A DNA stretch of 64,000 nucleotides. Source: Cenococcum geophilum. Lineage: Eukaryota. Positions 12,005 through 25,559 of the stretch are shown here, in pieces. The notes under the pieces are model-generated. The model was not told the origin of the DNA. It saw only the letters and a list, made by a program, of their open reading frames with translations, and searched no databases. The stretch is taken from contig CP158635.1 of the NCBI GenBank assembly GCA_050273025.1, positions 1,178,001 through 1,242,000 on the forward strand, given 5' to 3'. How positions within the stretch are numbered: position 1 is the stretch's first letter; the number at the start of each line of letters is the position of its first letter. The translations under genes and the position numbers were made by a program.

Positions 12005-15000
12005 TGTCACGGGACGGGGCAGTGGCTATAAGACGTATGTATTCGAGGAGTCTATAAGATATTACGCGATCGATCATAAGGGTCGAGGGCGTAAGGAGGT
12101 GATATACCTACGCGTAGCTGACATAAGCTGTACGCGAGGTGTACGCGAGAGCACGGGGCTCTCCTATGGAGGCCCCTGCGGTAGGGTTCCGTAATACTAC
12201 CCCCCCTCCTATAGAGGCGGAGCTCCGGCGACGCTGTGGTTACTATATATATATAGAAGGGACACTTAGGGTATAGAAAAGAAGAAAGGGGGGTATTGCT
12301 AAAGGCTTAAAACAACGTTATGTAATAAGGCTTGGTATTTAAGAATCCGACTAATTAGATAACTTTAACCGCCGGTTAAAGTTCCTGGATATCTTAACGA
12401 TATTCCGGTCACGTAATCGCACTTTACCGTAATCTAACGGTAATTTAACGGCAATTTGCCCCTACGTAGTAATATATAACGGTTTAACTCTATAAGGGCT
12501 CCTATAGAGGATTAGGTATAAAATCTCTACTTAGGCCCGGTTTCTATAGGTTCGCGTAGTAAAAGTCGCTAATTAAATCCTTTGCATTTTTAAAGTCTTC
12601 CTATAGTTGCCATTCTGGCTAATCTATATTAAATCCTATGTATATAGCTCTATAGTAGAGCCGTTGTCCTCTACCTTTGCTAAAGTATTTAGAGTTAATA
12701 ATTTGTTTAATAGTCTACTCCTTATGGTTCTCGTCTTCGTTCTTATCTTGGATTAGTACTAGTAGGGGTTTAGGCTATGTCTGCCCCGGTAAGGGGTTAG
12801 GCTAGTAAAGGTATAGTAGCTATAGGTGAAATATAGGCTATATCCCGCGGGTGGCTAGGGTAGGCGGGAGCTCTAGCTTATATACGGCTCCCCTGTTAAT
12901 AACTTATTTAATTAGGTAGGGGCTAAGGTTCTTATAATTAAGTAACTTTATAGGCCTCTGCGTAGAGATATTGCGTGTATCTAGCTATACCCAGTCGCCA
13001 ACACATATCTCCGGTGGTAGCGTTCTATGACGGTTAGCGAAGTAGGCCTACTTTGCTTAAGCCTAGGCCATTTCTCCCTTATAGTAGTTGAGTAGATTTT
13101 TTATACGGTCTGTATACTAGTTGGCAAGTAGCATCTTAAGGCGTTTTCCATATGGCAGTTTTTTATTAATAGGTTCTAGTGGTTCTATGCTAGATTGGGG
13201 GTAATATCCTTTGTTCGCGAAGAACGGGGTAAGTCCTGTAGTAGTTAAGACGTAGTTATTTGCTGCGAATTCACCTAGTAGGAGGTAATCCACCCAGTTA
13301 TCTTGACTATAGGCGACTACCTGTTATAGGTACGCTTTTATACTAGTATTAGCGTTTTCCGGTTGCCTAGCAGTTTTATAGTAGAAGAATGTAGATATCT
13401 TAACGGAGATGCTAAGGCGTTAGCAGATTCGTCTCTATACATTAGAGCCGAACTATATGCCTTAGTCGGACGTAATTAAGTTAGGTAACCTATGTAATTG
13501 GTAGATTTCGCGGAGGAAGGCGTTAGTAACGTTGCTAACGGCTACGCCTTTGGTTGGGACGTAGTGGCGCTCTTTTATAAGTTGGCATATTATTATAAGG
13601 ATGTTCTTATAGGTACGGCCATGTTGCTTATAGGGTAGTAGGTTAACAACGAAATCTATGGCGATATCTACCTATCGTTATATAGGTACTAGTAGAGGGT
13701 GCAGTAGTCCTTAGTACTTTATATTAAAGGCCTTAGCGCGCTTATAACCGTGGCAGGCGCCTATAAAGCGTTTAACTAAGTCTATTATTTTAGGCCAGAA
13801 GTAGTATTAGCTAAGAAGCTTATAGGTTCCTCCTCTGCCTAGGTGGCCGCTTAATTAAAGGTTGTGGGCTATTTGGATTAGTTACCGTTATAGATTTTCT
13901 AAGTTAGGGATAAATAGACGGCCTCTATAATAGAGCCTATTCTCTTTTACTTCTAAGGCTGCTATATTAATCTGGCCTAAGCTTTAGAGTTTAGTTGGCA
14001 GCGTACAGGCGCTAGCGGTCTTTGTGGCAATAAGTTAATACAGTAATAGGTTAACAGAGGTGTTATATGCCGTAGTAATAAGCTTATTAATTTTAGGAGG
14101 TAATTTTAGTTCTATAGTGTAAAGCTAAGGTATAGTTAGCTCTATTATAGGTAGCATACCTAGGGCCAAATTCCGTGCTTTTAGGATCGTTTGTTGTTAG
14201 AACTGGTTATAGGGGTTATCTTTAGACTAAGGAAGGTCTTATAAGCGGCGTGTTAGGCTATTAAGCTTAGTACCTTATACTCCTGGCCTATATATAATTT
14301 TAAAGTTAAAATTAAAGAGGAACTCGTTCTAGCGTGCTTGGCGTTAGTTTAGCTATTTTATAGTTATAAAGTACTTAAGGTTACAATAATCCGTAAGGAC
14401 TTTAGTTGGCTAGTTAGGTTCTGCTAAGGAGAGTTCTAGTTAGAATTCCTTAAACACTTATATAATTACAAGAAGTTCCTTATTATAGATCTTGTAGTTA
14501 TATTCTTATAGTATAAGCTTAGATAAATAGAATGCGACTGGGTAGAGGAGACCGTTGTTACCCATTTGGGAGAAAACGCCTGCATTAACGTGGTTTAAGG
14601 AGTTAGTCTTAAGATAGAGTTGTTGTCCTAGTATAAAGTAAGCTAGGATAGGTGCTTTAGTAAAAGCATCTTTAAGGTTTTAGAACGCCTTCTTATATTT
14701 AGGCATCCAGATAAAACATAAATATATTTTTCTTCCTTTCGCGGAAAGGCCCTTTGTTTATATTATTGCTATAAGTAGTGCTACAACACCTAAGAAGTTA
14801 TATATGAATTTTTAATAGAAGTTAGCGAAACTAAGGAAAGCTTATACGTCTTTAATGCAGTTAGGGGTTTACTATTCGGTAATTATACGTACCTTCTTAG
14901 GGTCCATACGGACACCCTTAGTAGTAACAATTAGTTTAAGGTATTTTACTTCTATAACTAAGAATTCGCACTTCTTTAAATTAATATAAAGTCCTGCGTC

Positions 15001-18000
15001 CCTAAGGCGCTATAGGACCTTTTAAACGTGCTTAGTATGCTTAGAAGGGTTATTGCTATAAATAAGTATATTATCTAGGTACGCAGAGCAGAAGTCGTTA
15101 AGGTAGTCCCGTAAAGCGTTATTAATATAGCTTTAGAAGCTGCCTAGGCCGTTACATACGCTAAAGGGCATAATAGTATATTTAAATTAGCTAAAGCGCG
15201 ATACAAATATAGTTTTCCATTCGTCACCTTTTCGTATTCAGAGGCGGTTAAAGGCGGCGATAATATTAAGCTTAGTATAGATTTTAGCTTAGCTAAGCCG
15301 CTTAAGAGTCTCACATATAAGCGGTATAGGGTATTAGTTCTTAATTGTAATAGCGTTAAATCCTCTATAGTTAATATAGAATTAAATACCTCCTCCTAGC
15401 TTCTTAGTAAGGAGGATAGGGGCGGCTGCTAGGGATATACTAGGGCGAATAAACCCTTTATTAAGGTGTTCGTCAATATACTTTTTAATAACTAGAAGTT
15501 CGTCTTTTAATATTAGGTAGAGTCTCTTATAGGGTAGCATTTTTCCTTATTTAATATTAATGGCATAGTTATTAGGTTAATGTGGGGGGAGTATATCTAC
15601 GCTCTTTTATAAGTACACGTTAATAAAGTTATAGTACCTCTTAGGGAGGAGCTTGCGGAGTTCCTTATTAGTAAGTCCTTTTTTAAGCTTTATAAACTTC
15701 TTAAAGTCTAAAGGTAAAAGTCCGTAGAGTTCTACGGGGGCATCATTTTCTAGGAGGTCGACTATATCTATCCTATTACTATAGAGGACATAGTCCTATT
15801 CTTTATTAAGCTTATATAGTTATAATTAGAAGGCTACGGTAACGGTCTAGCCTTTCCTACGTGCTATACGGTAGAAGGCCGCGGCACTTACGTGGTAGTA
15901 GTTAGTCGTAGGTAGGGTAATAAGGGGTTCCTTAGGTTGGTATCCTAGGGAGTAGATAGAGGCGGCTAGGCCATATCCTAGGCAGGTCTCTCTATAGTAT
16001 TTAGAGTTAAAGGTTACTTCTCTCTTTTTCCAGTTAATGGCGGGGTTATATTATTTAAGCTAGTTTATTCCAAGGATAATAGGGTAGTTAGCAAGTGGTG
16101 TAATATAGGCCCAGAGTTCTTCCTAGTGCCCATTTATATCTAGGTGGAGTTATGCTATATAGGTAATCTTCTATGCGGTATAACTACCATTAGCGAGTTA
16201 TAGGGCGCGGGCTTTAGTAAGGGGTAAGGTAGGTAAGTTATAAGTGCGCACAAATTAGGTATCTATAAATTTATTAGTAGCTCCGCAATTAATCATAGAA
16301 CAGCTTTTATATTATTTTTTAGCAGTAGTTCCTATTACGGGTAAAACTATCTATTTCCGTTTATTTATCTTTACTAAGTTATCTATTAAGCAGGCTAATA
16401 TATAGATCCCCTTATCGTTAGGGCGTCCTAACCTATAACTTAGGGCTAGGACTTAGCGTTTTCCGTTTCCGTATCCAACTCTACCGCTATTACTACGTCT
16501 TTGTCTTATATAGTAATGGTATATAGTAACGTATTTAGTATTCGAGGTACTAGGTTAAGTATTAGGCGGCGGCTGCTAAACCTAGCCATTAGGCAGTTTA
16601 GGCTATAGCTATAACAGCCTTCTTAACGACATTTATAGCAACGCTTTAGCTTTTAGAGTAGCTCGCGTTCTCCGTCTAGTAGCTTCTATAGAAAGGTTAG
16701 TATAAAAAGGTTAATATTAGGACTAGTAGTGTTGCTTAGGGTAGTAGGCGTTAGTAGTTTAGTAGGTCCGGAGGGCTTCTATAGGGAGGTCTTCGGGTAG
16801 AGGTTTGCAGTAGCAATCTAATTCAGTCGTTATTTAATCTTCCGTATAGCTGCTACTATATTATAAACATTATTATAGTTATAGCTGGCGGCTGCGTAAC
16901 TAAGGTAATAAGTAACTTTTTTAAGGAGATCTTCCTGGTCTTTAGTATCGTCTCAGGCGAGGGCTCCGGTATATTCCTGGAATTTAACATAGAACTTATT
17001 AAATAATTCGGTAGGGCTCATCTTTAAGGCACATAGTTTAGCTTAGTTAGTGGCCAGTAGGTTATAGTCGCGGTATATTAGGTTAAGATTATTAAGGACT
17101 TCTTAGTGGGACTGCCACTTCCAGGGGCTATTGGTCTCCTATTAGGCGAAAAATCTATTAAATAGTGTACCCTTTATTCGCCCAATAATATAGCCAATCT
17201 TAGTATCTTCTGTAGGAAAAAGGCAGGCGCTCTAAGTTAGTTTCTCGCGGATTTATATCTTCTAGTAGCTATATTCTTTACGGTCTCCCTAGAAAACTAG
17301 GGGATTAGAGTAACATGCATTAGACCCTACAGTAGTAGCTTAAGTTCGGTTATTATAGCTTTCATCATTACTTTAGTAGGGGTTCCCGTTAGGTAAGACT
17401 GCTTAGCGCTAACCCTCCGTTAAGCGTTAAGTAGGTAAAGTTACTGGGGGCGTAGAGACTTAAGTGGCGTTATATACAGTAGAGAGGTGTCTAGCGTTAT
17501 TACAAATATACTCATTAAGCTAAGATTGTAGGTATTTAATTATGCCTTCTCTTTTAGTAACTATAGCAATAAGTACAATCTCAGCCTTCTTTAACTGTTA
17601 GACGTCGCGTTTAGACATACGGAGGTCATCTTTAGTTTCTTAACGCGTGTTATTAGCGAGCGCCTCGCGAGCTTATAGGTCTTAGATAATATTACAATCT
17701 TAAGTAGTACGCATCTTAGCTTATATAAGCTTTAGGTAGTAGTTCTATAGAAGGCGGTAGTATTTATTAGGTTCTCGTGCTACTATTTTTACAAACGTCT
17801 CGGCGTCTCGTATTTTAATTTTAATAAGTAGTAGCCCTTCCGCTTACTTATCCGTAGTTATATAGTTAATAAAAGATAAAACATTATTAGTGTCCATCTC
17901 CTTAGGGGTTAAGGCTAGGGCTAATAAATCAAATTCTCCTAGGATTAATTGGCGTTGTAGGTTAAGTGTAGGTATTAGATTATTCTTTAGGTTTAATATA

Positions 18001-18348
18001 GTAGCTAGTAAGGAATATTATCTTACTATTATGGGTTCCTTAGAAGTATAAAGTGAGGTAACTTATAGGCACGCTACTTCTAGTAGCGCCTGTAGTATTA
18101 TAGAGACGTAGAATTGGTCGTAGGCTAGGTATTGGTGGTAAAAAGGCGCAACGTAATGTCATGGGACGGGGCAGTGGCTACAAGACGTATGTATTTAAGG
18201 AGTTTATAAGACGTTGCGCGATCGATTATAAGGGTCGAGGGCGTAAGGAGGTGATATACCTACGCGTAGCTAATATAAGCTGTATGTGAGGTGTACGTAA
18301 GAGCACGGGGCTCTCCTATAGAGGCCCCTGCGGTGGGGTTCCGTGACA
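12005..18348 (-). mobile_element. Chromodomain Gypsy family B, copy 1 (full length, uninterrupted, RIP-dead)
   Basis: 192-bp LTRs 12005-12196 and 18157-18348, GAAGA TSD, minus-strand PPT (ctacccccctcct) next to the left LTR. gag-PR-RT (FCSAYLD.ILIYS ~15060-15095)-RH-IN-chromodomain (~12530-12720). Confidence 0.95.
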
Positions 18349-19228
18349 GAAGATAAGCTATAATAGCTCTTGTATTAAAAGCGGTTATATCTATACACCG
18401 GTAAGCCTTGCCCGACCAGCTATATAATACACTATTAACTAGTACTCGTTGTAATACCCCAATTAACTCTATCTCGGCTATGTACTATAACTATAATAAA
18501 AAGGGTTACTTTACCTTGTCTTACTTAGAGTTAAAGGATATAGGCAATACCAAGGAGATAGAGAAAGGAGAAATATCTAATGAGTTAGGAAAAAAAGAAT
18601 TCTAGGGAAAGACTCTCCTCTAGGGTACCCTATTAATTTTAAAGAGATTATCTTAGTTAATAGGTAGAAAGCATTTTACAGTTCTATATATAGTATCTTA
18701 AAATAAATATAGAGTTAATATAACCGCCCTTATTAATACTAGAGTAAATAGCTTTGCTTTTATAAATACTGCTTATATAAATAATGTTACTAAAAATTTA
18801 AATATAAAAGCTACCTAATTAAAGAAGCCTATTTAGGTAAAAGGCTATATTAGCTAAGCCAGTTACCTAGTTACCCACGTTTTAAAGTTATATATTACTC
18901 TTAATAGATATTATAGGACGGGGGCAGTGGCTACAAAGCGTATGTATTTAAGGAGTCTATAAGACGTTACGCGATCGATTGTAAGGGTCGAGGGCGTAAG
19001 GAGGTAATATACCTACGCGTAGCTAATATAAGCTATACGCGAGTTATACGTAAGAGCACGGGGCTCTCCTATAGAGGCCCCTGCGGTGGGGTTCCGTAAT
19101 ACTACCCCCCCTCTTATAGAGGCGGAGCTCTGGCGACGCTGTGGTTACTATATATATATAGAAGAGACACTTAAGGTATAGAAAAGAAGAAAAGGGGGGT
19201 ATTATTAAAGGCTTAAAATAACGTTATA

Positions 19229-22200
19229 TACTAGCGTCTATATATTACTTGGTAGCATCTACCTCAGTAACGCATAATGCTAAGACCTCCTGCAATATTC
19301 GCGAATATCGAACGCAGTTACTATATGGCTAATTCGCTTTTAATATTGCTAAACTTATTAATATTTATTATATATCTATTATCCATTCGTTTAAGAATTA
19401 TTTTATAACGCTATTACCGCTTATAACCAACTAGGAGATTTGTACGCGTGCATAATCCTAATAAGTAAACCCACCTAGACGACCTACCTTAACTACACCA
19501 TTGTCTACAACCGCTATACCCTCCTCTACTAGTTCTATAATGCTGTTTAAGGCTAATATACGCGCCGCTGCCGTAGAAGAGCGCAAAATTGCTAAAGAGT
19601 AAAGGGAATAAGCCTAAGATAAAAGGGAGATTTAGAAGTATAAGGAAGAGCGCAAAGCCCGCCTAGCAGAGGAGGCTTACTAGCATAAATACTACCTGGC
19701 TTAAATAGCTTAATTATAGTTAGGCTTGGCCGCTTCGGCCTTATAGGCTACTATAATAGCTGCTACAGCTAATGTCCTTAGTGAGCCTCTCCCTCTTAGT
19801 ATAAAGTCGCTCGAACTCCGCCTTTCTAGCGTTATAAAAAGGGATTACCTAGATATTTTTAAGGGTACCTTTGATCCAGTAAACCTCGCCCGTTTTTAAG
19901 TCTATACTGCTTAAATTAAGATCGCCGACGAGACATGGATTAAGAATGGTACTCTAGTTATAAGGAAGGCAAAGGTAGACAGGAAGCTATTTATAGATAA
20001 AGGCGTCTAGTTTAAAGGTTTTACTAACTATATGGTTATTACTAGCACCCTTTATATATGCCCGCTGGACCTTATTGCTAGTATACTTCTCTAAATAAAT
20101 ATAATTCGTACCTTATTAACCTAGTATATCTAGGTAGGTTATATACTTGACTTAGCACTCGACTATTATACCTTTATAATAACTAATGGCTAACTAGAGC
20201 CCGCTAATTAGCAAATGCCAGCCTAGTATATAGCGCTATACCTTACGATGTCTAGTGCTATCGGCTTTGCCGCCTTAAAGAGACCTAGGTTAGATACCTC
20301 CTATACCTCTAATACCTGCTATAGGTTTAATAGCAGAGGTTGCGATAATATAGCTTGCAAATACCCCTATAAGTGCTTAAAGTGTAGTAAAGATTATATT
20401 GTATTATCTAAAGCTTGCGCCTAGGAACAGTAAGGCGAACCTTATGAAGTAGGGTCTAGCCTAACAATAACACCAACTTTAATTATACGCCTAGGACCTA
20501 GGCCTAATACGTTACTATTATTCTCTACCTTTGTAGAGGTAAAGGCTCTCTACCACTCTCCATCGCCCCTAAGGATCTTAGCGTGGCACTCCTTTCTATC
20601 TAACTACCTAGGCAACCTACTAGCTATCTTAGTAGGCATCCTAACCTATGGCTGCGAGATAGGAGCTGAGTCTATTTTTACCCTAAGATCTTATAGGAAC
20701 TATAACTCCTCTTAGGATAACGCCGACCTTATCTCTAAGAAGATAATATTAGACCTTAAAAAAGGATACATTAGAATCGTAATAGGGCCTATTATAGTCT
20801 TACCTCTTAGCCTAGTGCCAAAATCGGATAGAGGATACCGCCGAATTCACAATCTCTCCTTTCTACTAGCATTTTTAGTTAATAACGCAATCCTAGAAGA
20901 ATATGGAGTACTAGTATATACTACAGTTACCGCTATTTAAGCCCACGTTATTTCTGTAGGTTATAAATATCTGCTACTTAAAAGAGATATTAAAGACGCG
21001 TTTTATATAGTCCCCCTATCTTATAGGGCAAGAACATTAATAGGCTTCTCCTAGGAAGGTATTACCTACTAGGAATACTGCCTATCCTTTAGTCTTTAAA
21101 CTGCGCCGCTTATATTTAACCTCTTTGCGGAAGGCCTGCACTAGATACTCTATTTATAACTACCTTACGAGGTGGAATACTACCTAGATAACTTTATCTT
21201 TATCCTTACTAACCTAAACAACTTAGCGGCTATTACCTAGACTTATATCTCTATTACTAACTCCCTAAATATCCCTTAAAATGGCTCTAAAGATATAGTA
21301 GGAACTATTATTAAAGTTCTAGGATATACTATTAATACCGTATAAATGCAAACGTGATTATCACCACAGAAACAATTACGTGCTATTAAGAAAGTCACTA
21401 CCGCACTCTAATACGGCTTATTATTGTTCCTTTAAGCCTAGTAGCTTGTGGGCTATCTTGTATAGTACGCCTATATAATTAGACTCGGTTAATCTTACTC
21501 TAGATCCCTCTAGATCTTTATTACTACTTAGCCGGAAACTCTAGTAAATAAGTATAAACCTAGGCGATTTAGTACTAAGTTACGAAGTAACTTATATATC
21601 TAGCTTAACCTACTTACTATAAGTAATAGGGTATTATTCTTTAACGACGTTAAGCATACCTATATTTATCTCTTTACTAACGCCTCTACCCGGTTTAGGT
21701 TTGGCGGCTTTTACTTTTTTAAGGAACTTAAATATAAGGATAACTGGTAGTAGTACACAGCCAACCTCCCTTAATCTTAGGCGTTTAGCATATTACCTAA
21801 GCCTAGTTAATAAGTAGACTATATTAATCTGAAAGAGATGCATACTATTACTTACGCATTTAATCTATAGTCTACCAACTGGTAGTATAGCGCGTTATCT
21901 ATTTATACTAATAGCATAGTGGTTCACCAGGGCATTAAAAAGACCGTTATCCGTAGCGTAGCAAATGAATCGCTCTATAAGATTATGCTAGCTGCTATAG
22001 CTTATAATATTATAATATCCGCAAAGTAGATCCTAGGTAATTCGAATAGCTTAGCTAATACACTATCTTAATTTTAGGCCGCAGCTATTCATTAGTTCTG
22101 CCTACACTAGGCCCTTAATTTATTACTACTAAAGCTAATAAGTTTTTAATAGGTGCCGTAAACCCAATAGACTACTTATAACCGCCTATAAACTTTAAAG

Positions 22201-24039
22201 ATAATATTAACGCGCCATCCGACCTTTACGCGCTCCTTCTTTAAAACGGCCTTATGCTAGCAACCCATAGGAATTATTCCTTAGTAGTTAACAGCTGGGA
22301 GTTATACTGCGCACTTAAAGGAGTCTCCCCTTACCTAGCTAAGCCGCGTAAACTAGGTAAATAGATTACCTGCCGCGTGTTTGGTACCTCCTAGCTATAG
22401 ATAGGTAGGCTTAAGGCCGAAACCTTATAAGCCTACGTCTTCGTAATTCGCTTGCGCTACATAGATTACGGTATCTTAATTACAGTATTTAAGAATCCTA
22501 TAGTACACCGATTACTTACCAGAGCAGCCGCTATCTCTCCCTTAGTAAAAAAGGACAAGTAACCTATTACTAGGGATATTCTAGCCTAAGTAGTGATATA
22601 CGGCCTATTACTACTAGATGTTAACACTGATGCCGTATTTACCCTCGCATTTGCTAGATTTCTATAGATAGGCGAGATTACGTATATTATGGCGGAGCTT
22701 AAGAACCGAACGACCTTCCTAGTAAAAAAGGCCACTTAACACGATATTACCTTTACGCCTAATAGGATGATATTCCGCCTTAAATAGAGTAAAGCTGATA
22801 AGCAACACTAGGGCGTTAACGTCGCCATTACAGCAGTAGGCGGCCTATTATGCCTAGTCGCTGCTATAATAAAGCTGTTTAATAGGGACCCTTAACCCCT
22901 TAACTCTCCCTTATTTAGTCTTAATAGTAAACCCTTTGCCTCTCTAGGGGTTTATAAGATCCTTTCCTCCTATCTAGTAGCTGCTGGGATTAACCTAAGT
23001 AGTTACTTAAACCACTCCTTCCGCTAGGGCGCTGCCCAGTTCGCTAAAGATTTAGGGTATTTATATTAGCAAATTCAGCAGCTAGGTTGGTGGTTATTAG
23101 AAGCCTTTCGCCTATATATTAGAACTAAGACTACTAACCTCCGTCGCCTTAACTCTTACTTCTAGCGTGGTGTACCGCTCTTAGCGTAAGGATTATTAAG
23201 TAGTAGGTTAAGATGTTAAGAGGGCCGCTAAGGCGCTAGTGGTAAGCGAGCTAATAGCGATTTTCTATGCTAGGCATAGAAAATCCTAATTAGTTGGCTT
23301 ATAACTTAGGGTTAGCAGAATATGGCAGAATATAATAATATGGCAGAACTTAGCAGAATGCGATAATGTGGCAGAATTTAGCAGAATGCGACAATATAGT
23401 AGAATTTGGCAGAATATAGTAGAATGTGGTAATGTCTTGTTGGGCGTAGGAGCTTCACTTAGGGACATCTGGCCGCTTTAGGGCAAATCCTTAATAGATT
23501 TAAGTGCTAGGAACTAGTAAAACTGCTAAGAATTAGCCCTAGAGCGACCTTATAGCCCTACGCCTCCCAATTATACAAAAATTAAATATCCCCTTATATA
23601 ACTGTGATAGATAGATACTAGCGTCTATATATTGCTTAGTAGTATCTACCTTAGCAACGCATAATGCTAAGACCTCCTGTAATATTCGCGAATATTAAAC
23701 GCAGTTACTATGTGGCTAATTTGCTTTTCCTACCCGCCATCCCTTATACTTAGTATGCATTATATATAGATAGCGCTTTAAAGCAATTCTTTAGTAGGTA
23801 CTAGGAACTAGCAAAACTACTAAGAGCTAGCCTTAATGCGACTACTATAGTTAGATAGTCTTATAGCTATAGGCTTACGGTTGGGGACATCTGGCCGCTT
23901 TAGGGCAAATCCTTAGCAGATTTGAGTGCTAGGAACTAGCAAAACTGTTAAGAACTAGCCCTAGAGCGACCTTATAGCCCTACGCCTCCCAATTATACAA
24001 AAATTAAATATCCCCTCACGTGACTGCGATAGATAGATA
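19229..24039 (+). mobile_element. Ngaro-type (DIRS order) tyrosine-recombinase retrotransposon
   Basis: Split direct repeats A1 (19229-~19341) ... B1 (~23459-23617), A2 (23616-~23728), B2 (~23881-24039). Gag with a Cys/His finger (~20310-20400), RT YLD(D)F at 21181, RNase H FT(D)AS ~21674, YR motifs HSFR.GAA and LG.W...AFRLYI (~23010-23120). No TSD beyond a shared TA core. Confidence 0.92.
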
Positions 24040-25559
24040 ATAGGGCTTAGCATCTAAAAATCCAACTAATTAGATAACTTTAACCGCTGGTTAAAGTTCC
24101 TGGATATCTTAACAATATTCTAGTTACGTAATTGCACTTTACCGCAATCTGACGGTAATCTAATGGCAATTTACCCTTATATAGCAATGTATAACGGTTT
24201 AACTCTATAAGGGCTCCTATAGAGGATTAGGTATAAAGTTTTTACTTAGGCCCAGTTTCTATAGGTTCGCGTAGTAAAAGTCGCTAATTAGATCCTTTAC
24301 ATTTTTAAAGTCTTCCTATAGTTGCCATTCTGGCTAATTTATATCAAATCCTGTGTATATAGCTCTATAGTAGAGCCGTTGTCCTCTACCTTTACCAAAG
24401 TATTTAGAGTTAATAATTTATTTAATAGTCTACTCCTCGTAGTTCTCGTCTTCGTTCTTATCTTAGATTAGTACTAATAGGGGTTTAGGCTATATCTACC
24501 CTAGTAAGGGGTTAGGCTAATAAAGGTATAGTAGCTATAGGTAAAATACGGGCTATATCCCGTGGGTAGCTAGGGTAGGTAGGAGTTCTAGCTTATATAC
24601 GGCTCCCCTATTAATAACTCGTTTAATTAAATAGGGGCTAAGGTTTTTATAATTAAGTAACTTTATAGGCCTCTATATAGAGATATTGCGTATATCTAGC
24701 TATACCTAGTCGCCAACACGTATCTCCGGTGGTGGCGTTCTATAATAATTAGTAAAGTAGGCCTACTTTACTTAAGCCTAGGCCATTTCTCCCTTGCAGT
24801 AGTTAAGTAGATTTTTTATATAGTCTGCATGCTAGTTAGTAAGTAGTATCTTAAGGCGTTTTCTATATAGTAGTTTCTTATTAATAGGTTCTAGTGGCTT
24901 TATACTGGATTAGGGGTAATAACCCTTATTCGCGAAGAACGGGGTAAGTCCTATAGTGGTTAAGACGTAGTTATTTGCTGTAAATTTACCTAGTAGGAGG
25001 TAATCTACTTAGTTATCTTAACTATAGGCGACTACCTATCGTAGGTATACTTTTATACTGGCGTTAGCGTTTTCTAATTACCTAGCACGTCAGGAAAACG
25101 GGAAGTGGCGTAGGAAATTTGGTTTTGCTAAATGTGTTTTTGGGGCCCAGGGCTAGCTTTCCGCCATATTAGCCGACCCCCTGGAGCCTAGGGCCAGCTT
25201 TCTGCCATATTAGCTAACCCCCTAGAGCTATACGCTAGCTTATGGCTATAAAATAAATATTGTCACTATTATTGCATTTTTTGCCATTAGGGTATTAAAA
25301 TCCTAAAGGCCTCCTAGCAGGCTCTACGTCAGGAAAACGGGGAGTGGCGTAGGAAATTTAGTTCTGCTAAAAGCGTTTTTAGGGCCTAGGGCTAGCTTTC
25401 CGCCATATTCGCCAAAGCCTAGAGCTATTATAATTCTCAAATGGCCATGGCTAAAAGAGCGCAATACTATATATATTGCAGCAATAAGCCAGCTTATAGC
25501 TATAAAATAGATATTATTACCATTATTGCATTTATCGCAGATATTATATATATTGCTTT

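Noticed and set aside
22140..23190. Tyrosine recombinase as a Starship captain for the 21-kb element
   Set aside because: It lies inside the Ngaro split repeats, downstream of RT/RNase H, and outside the TIR-bounded element.
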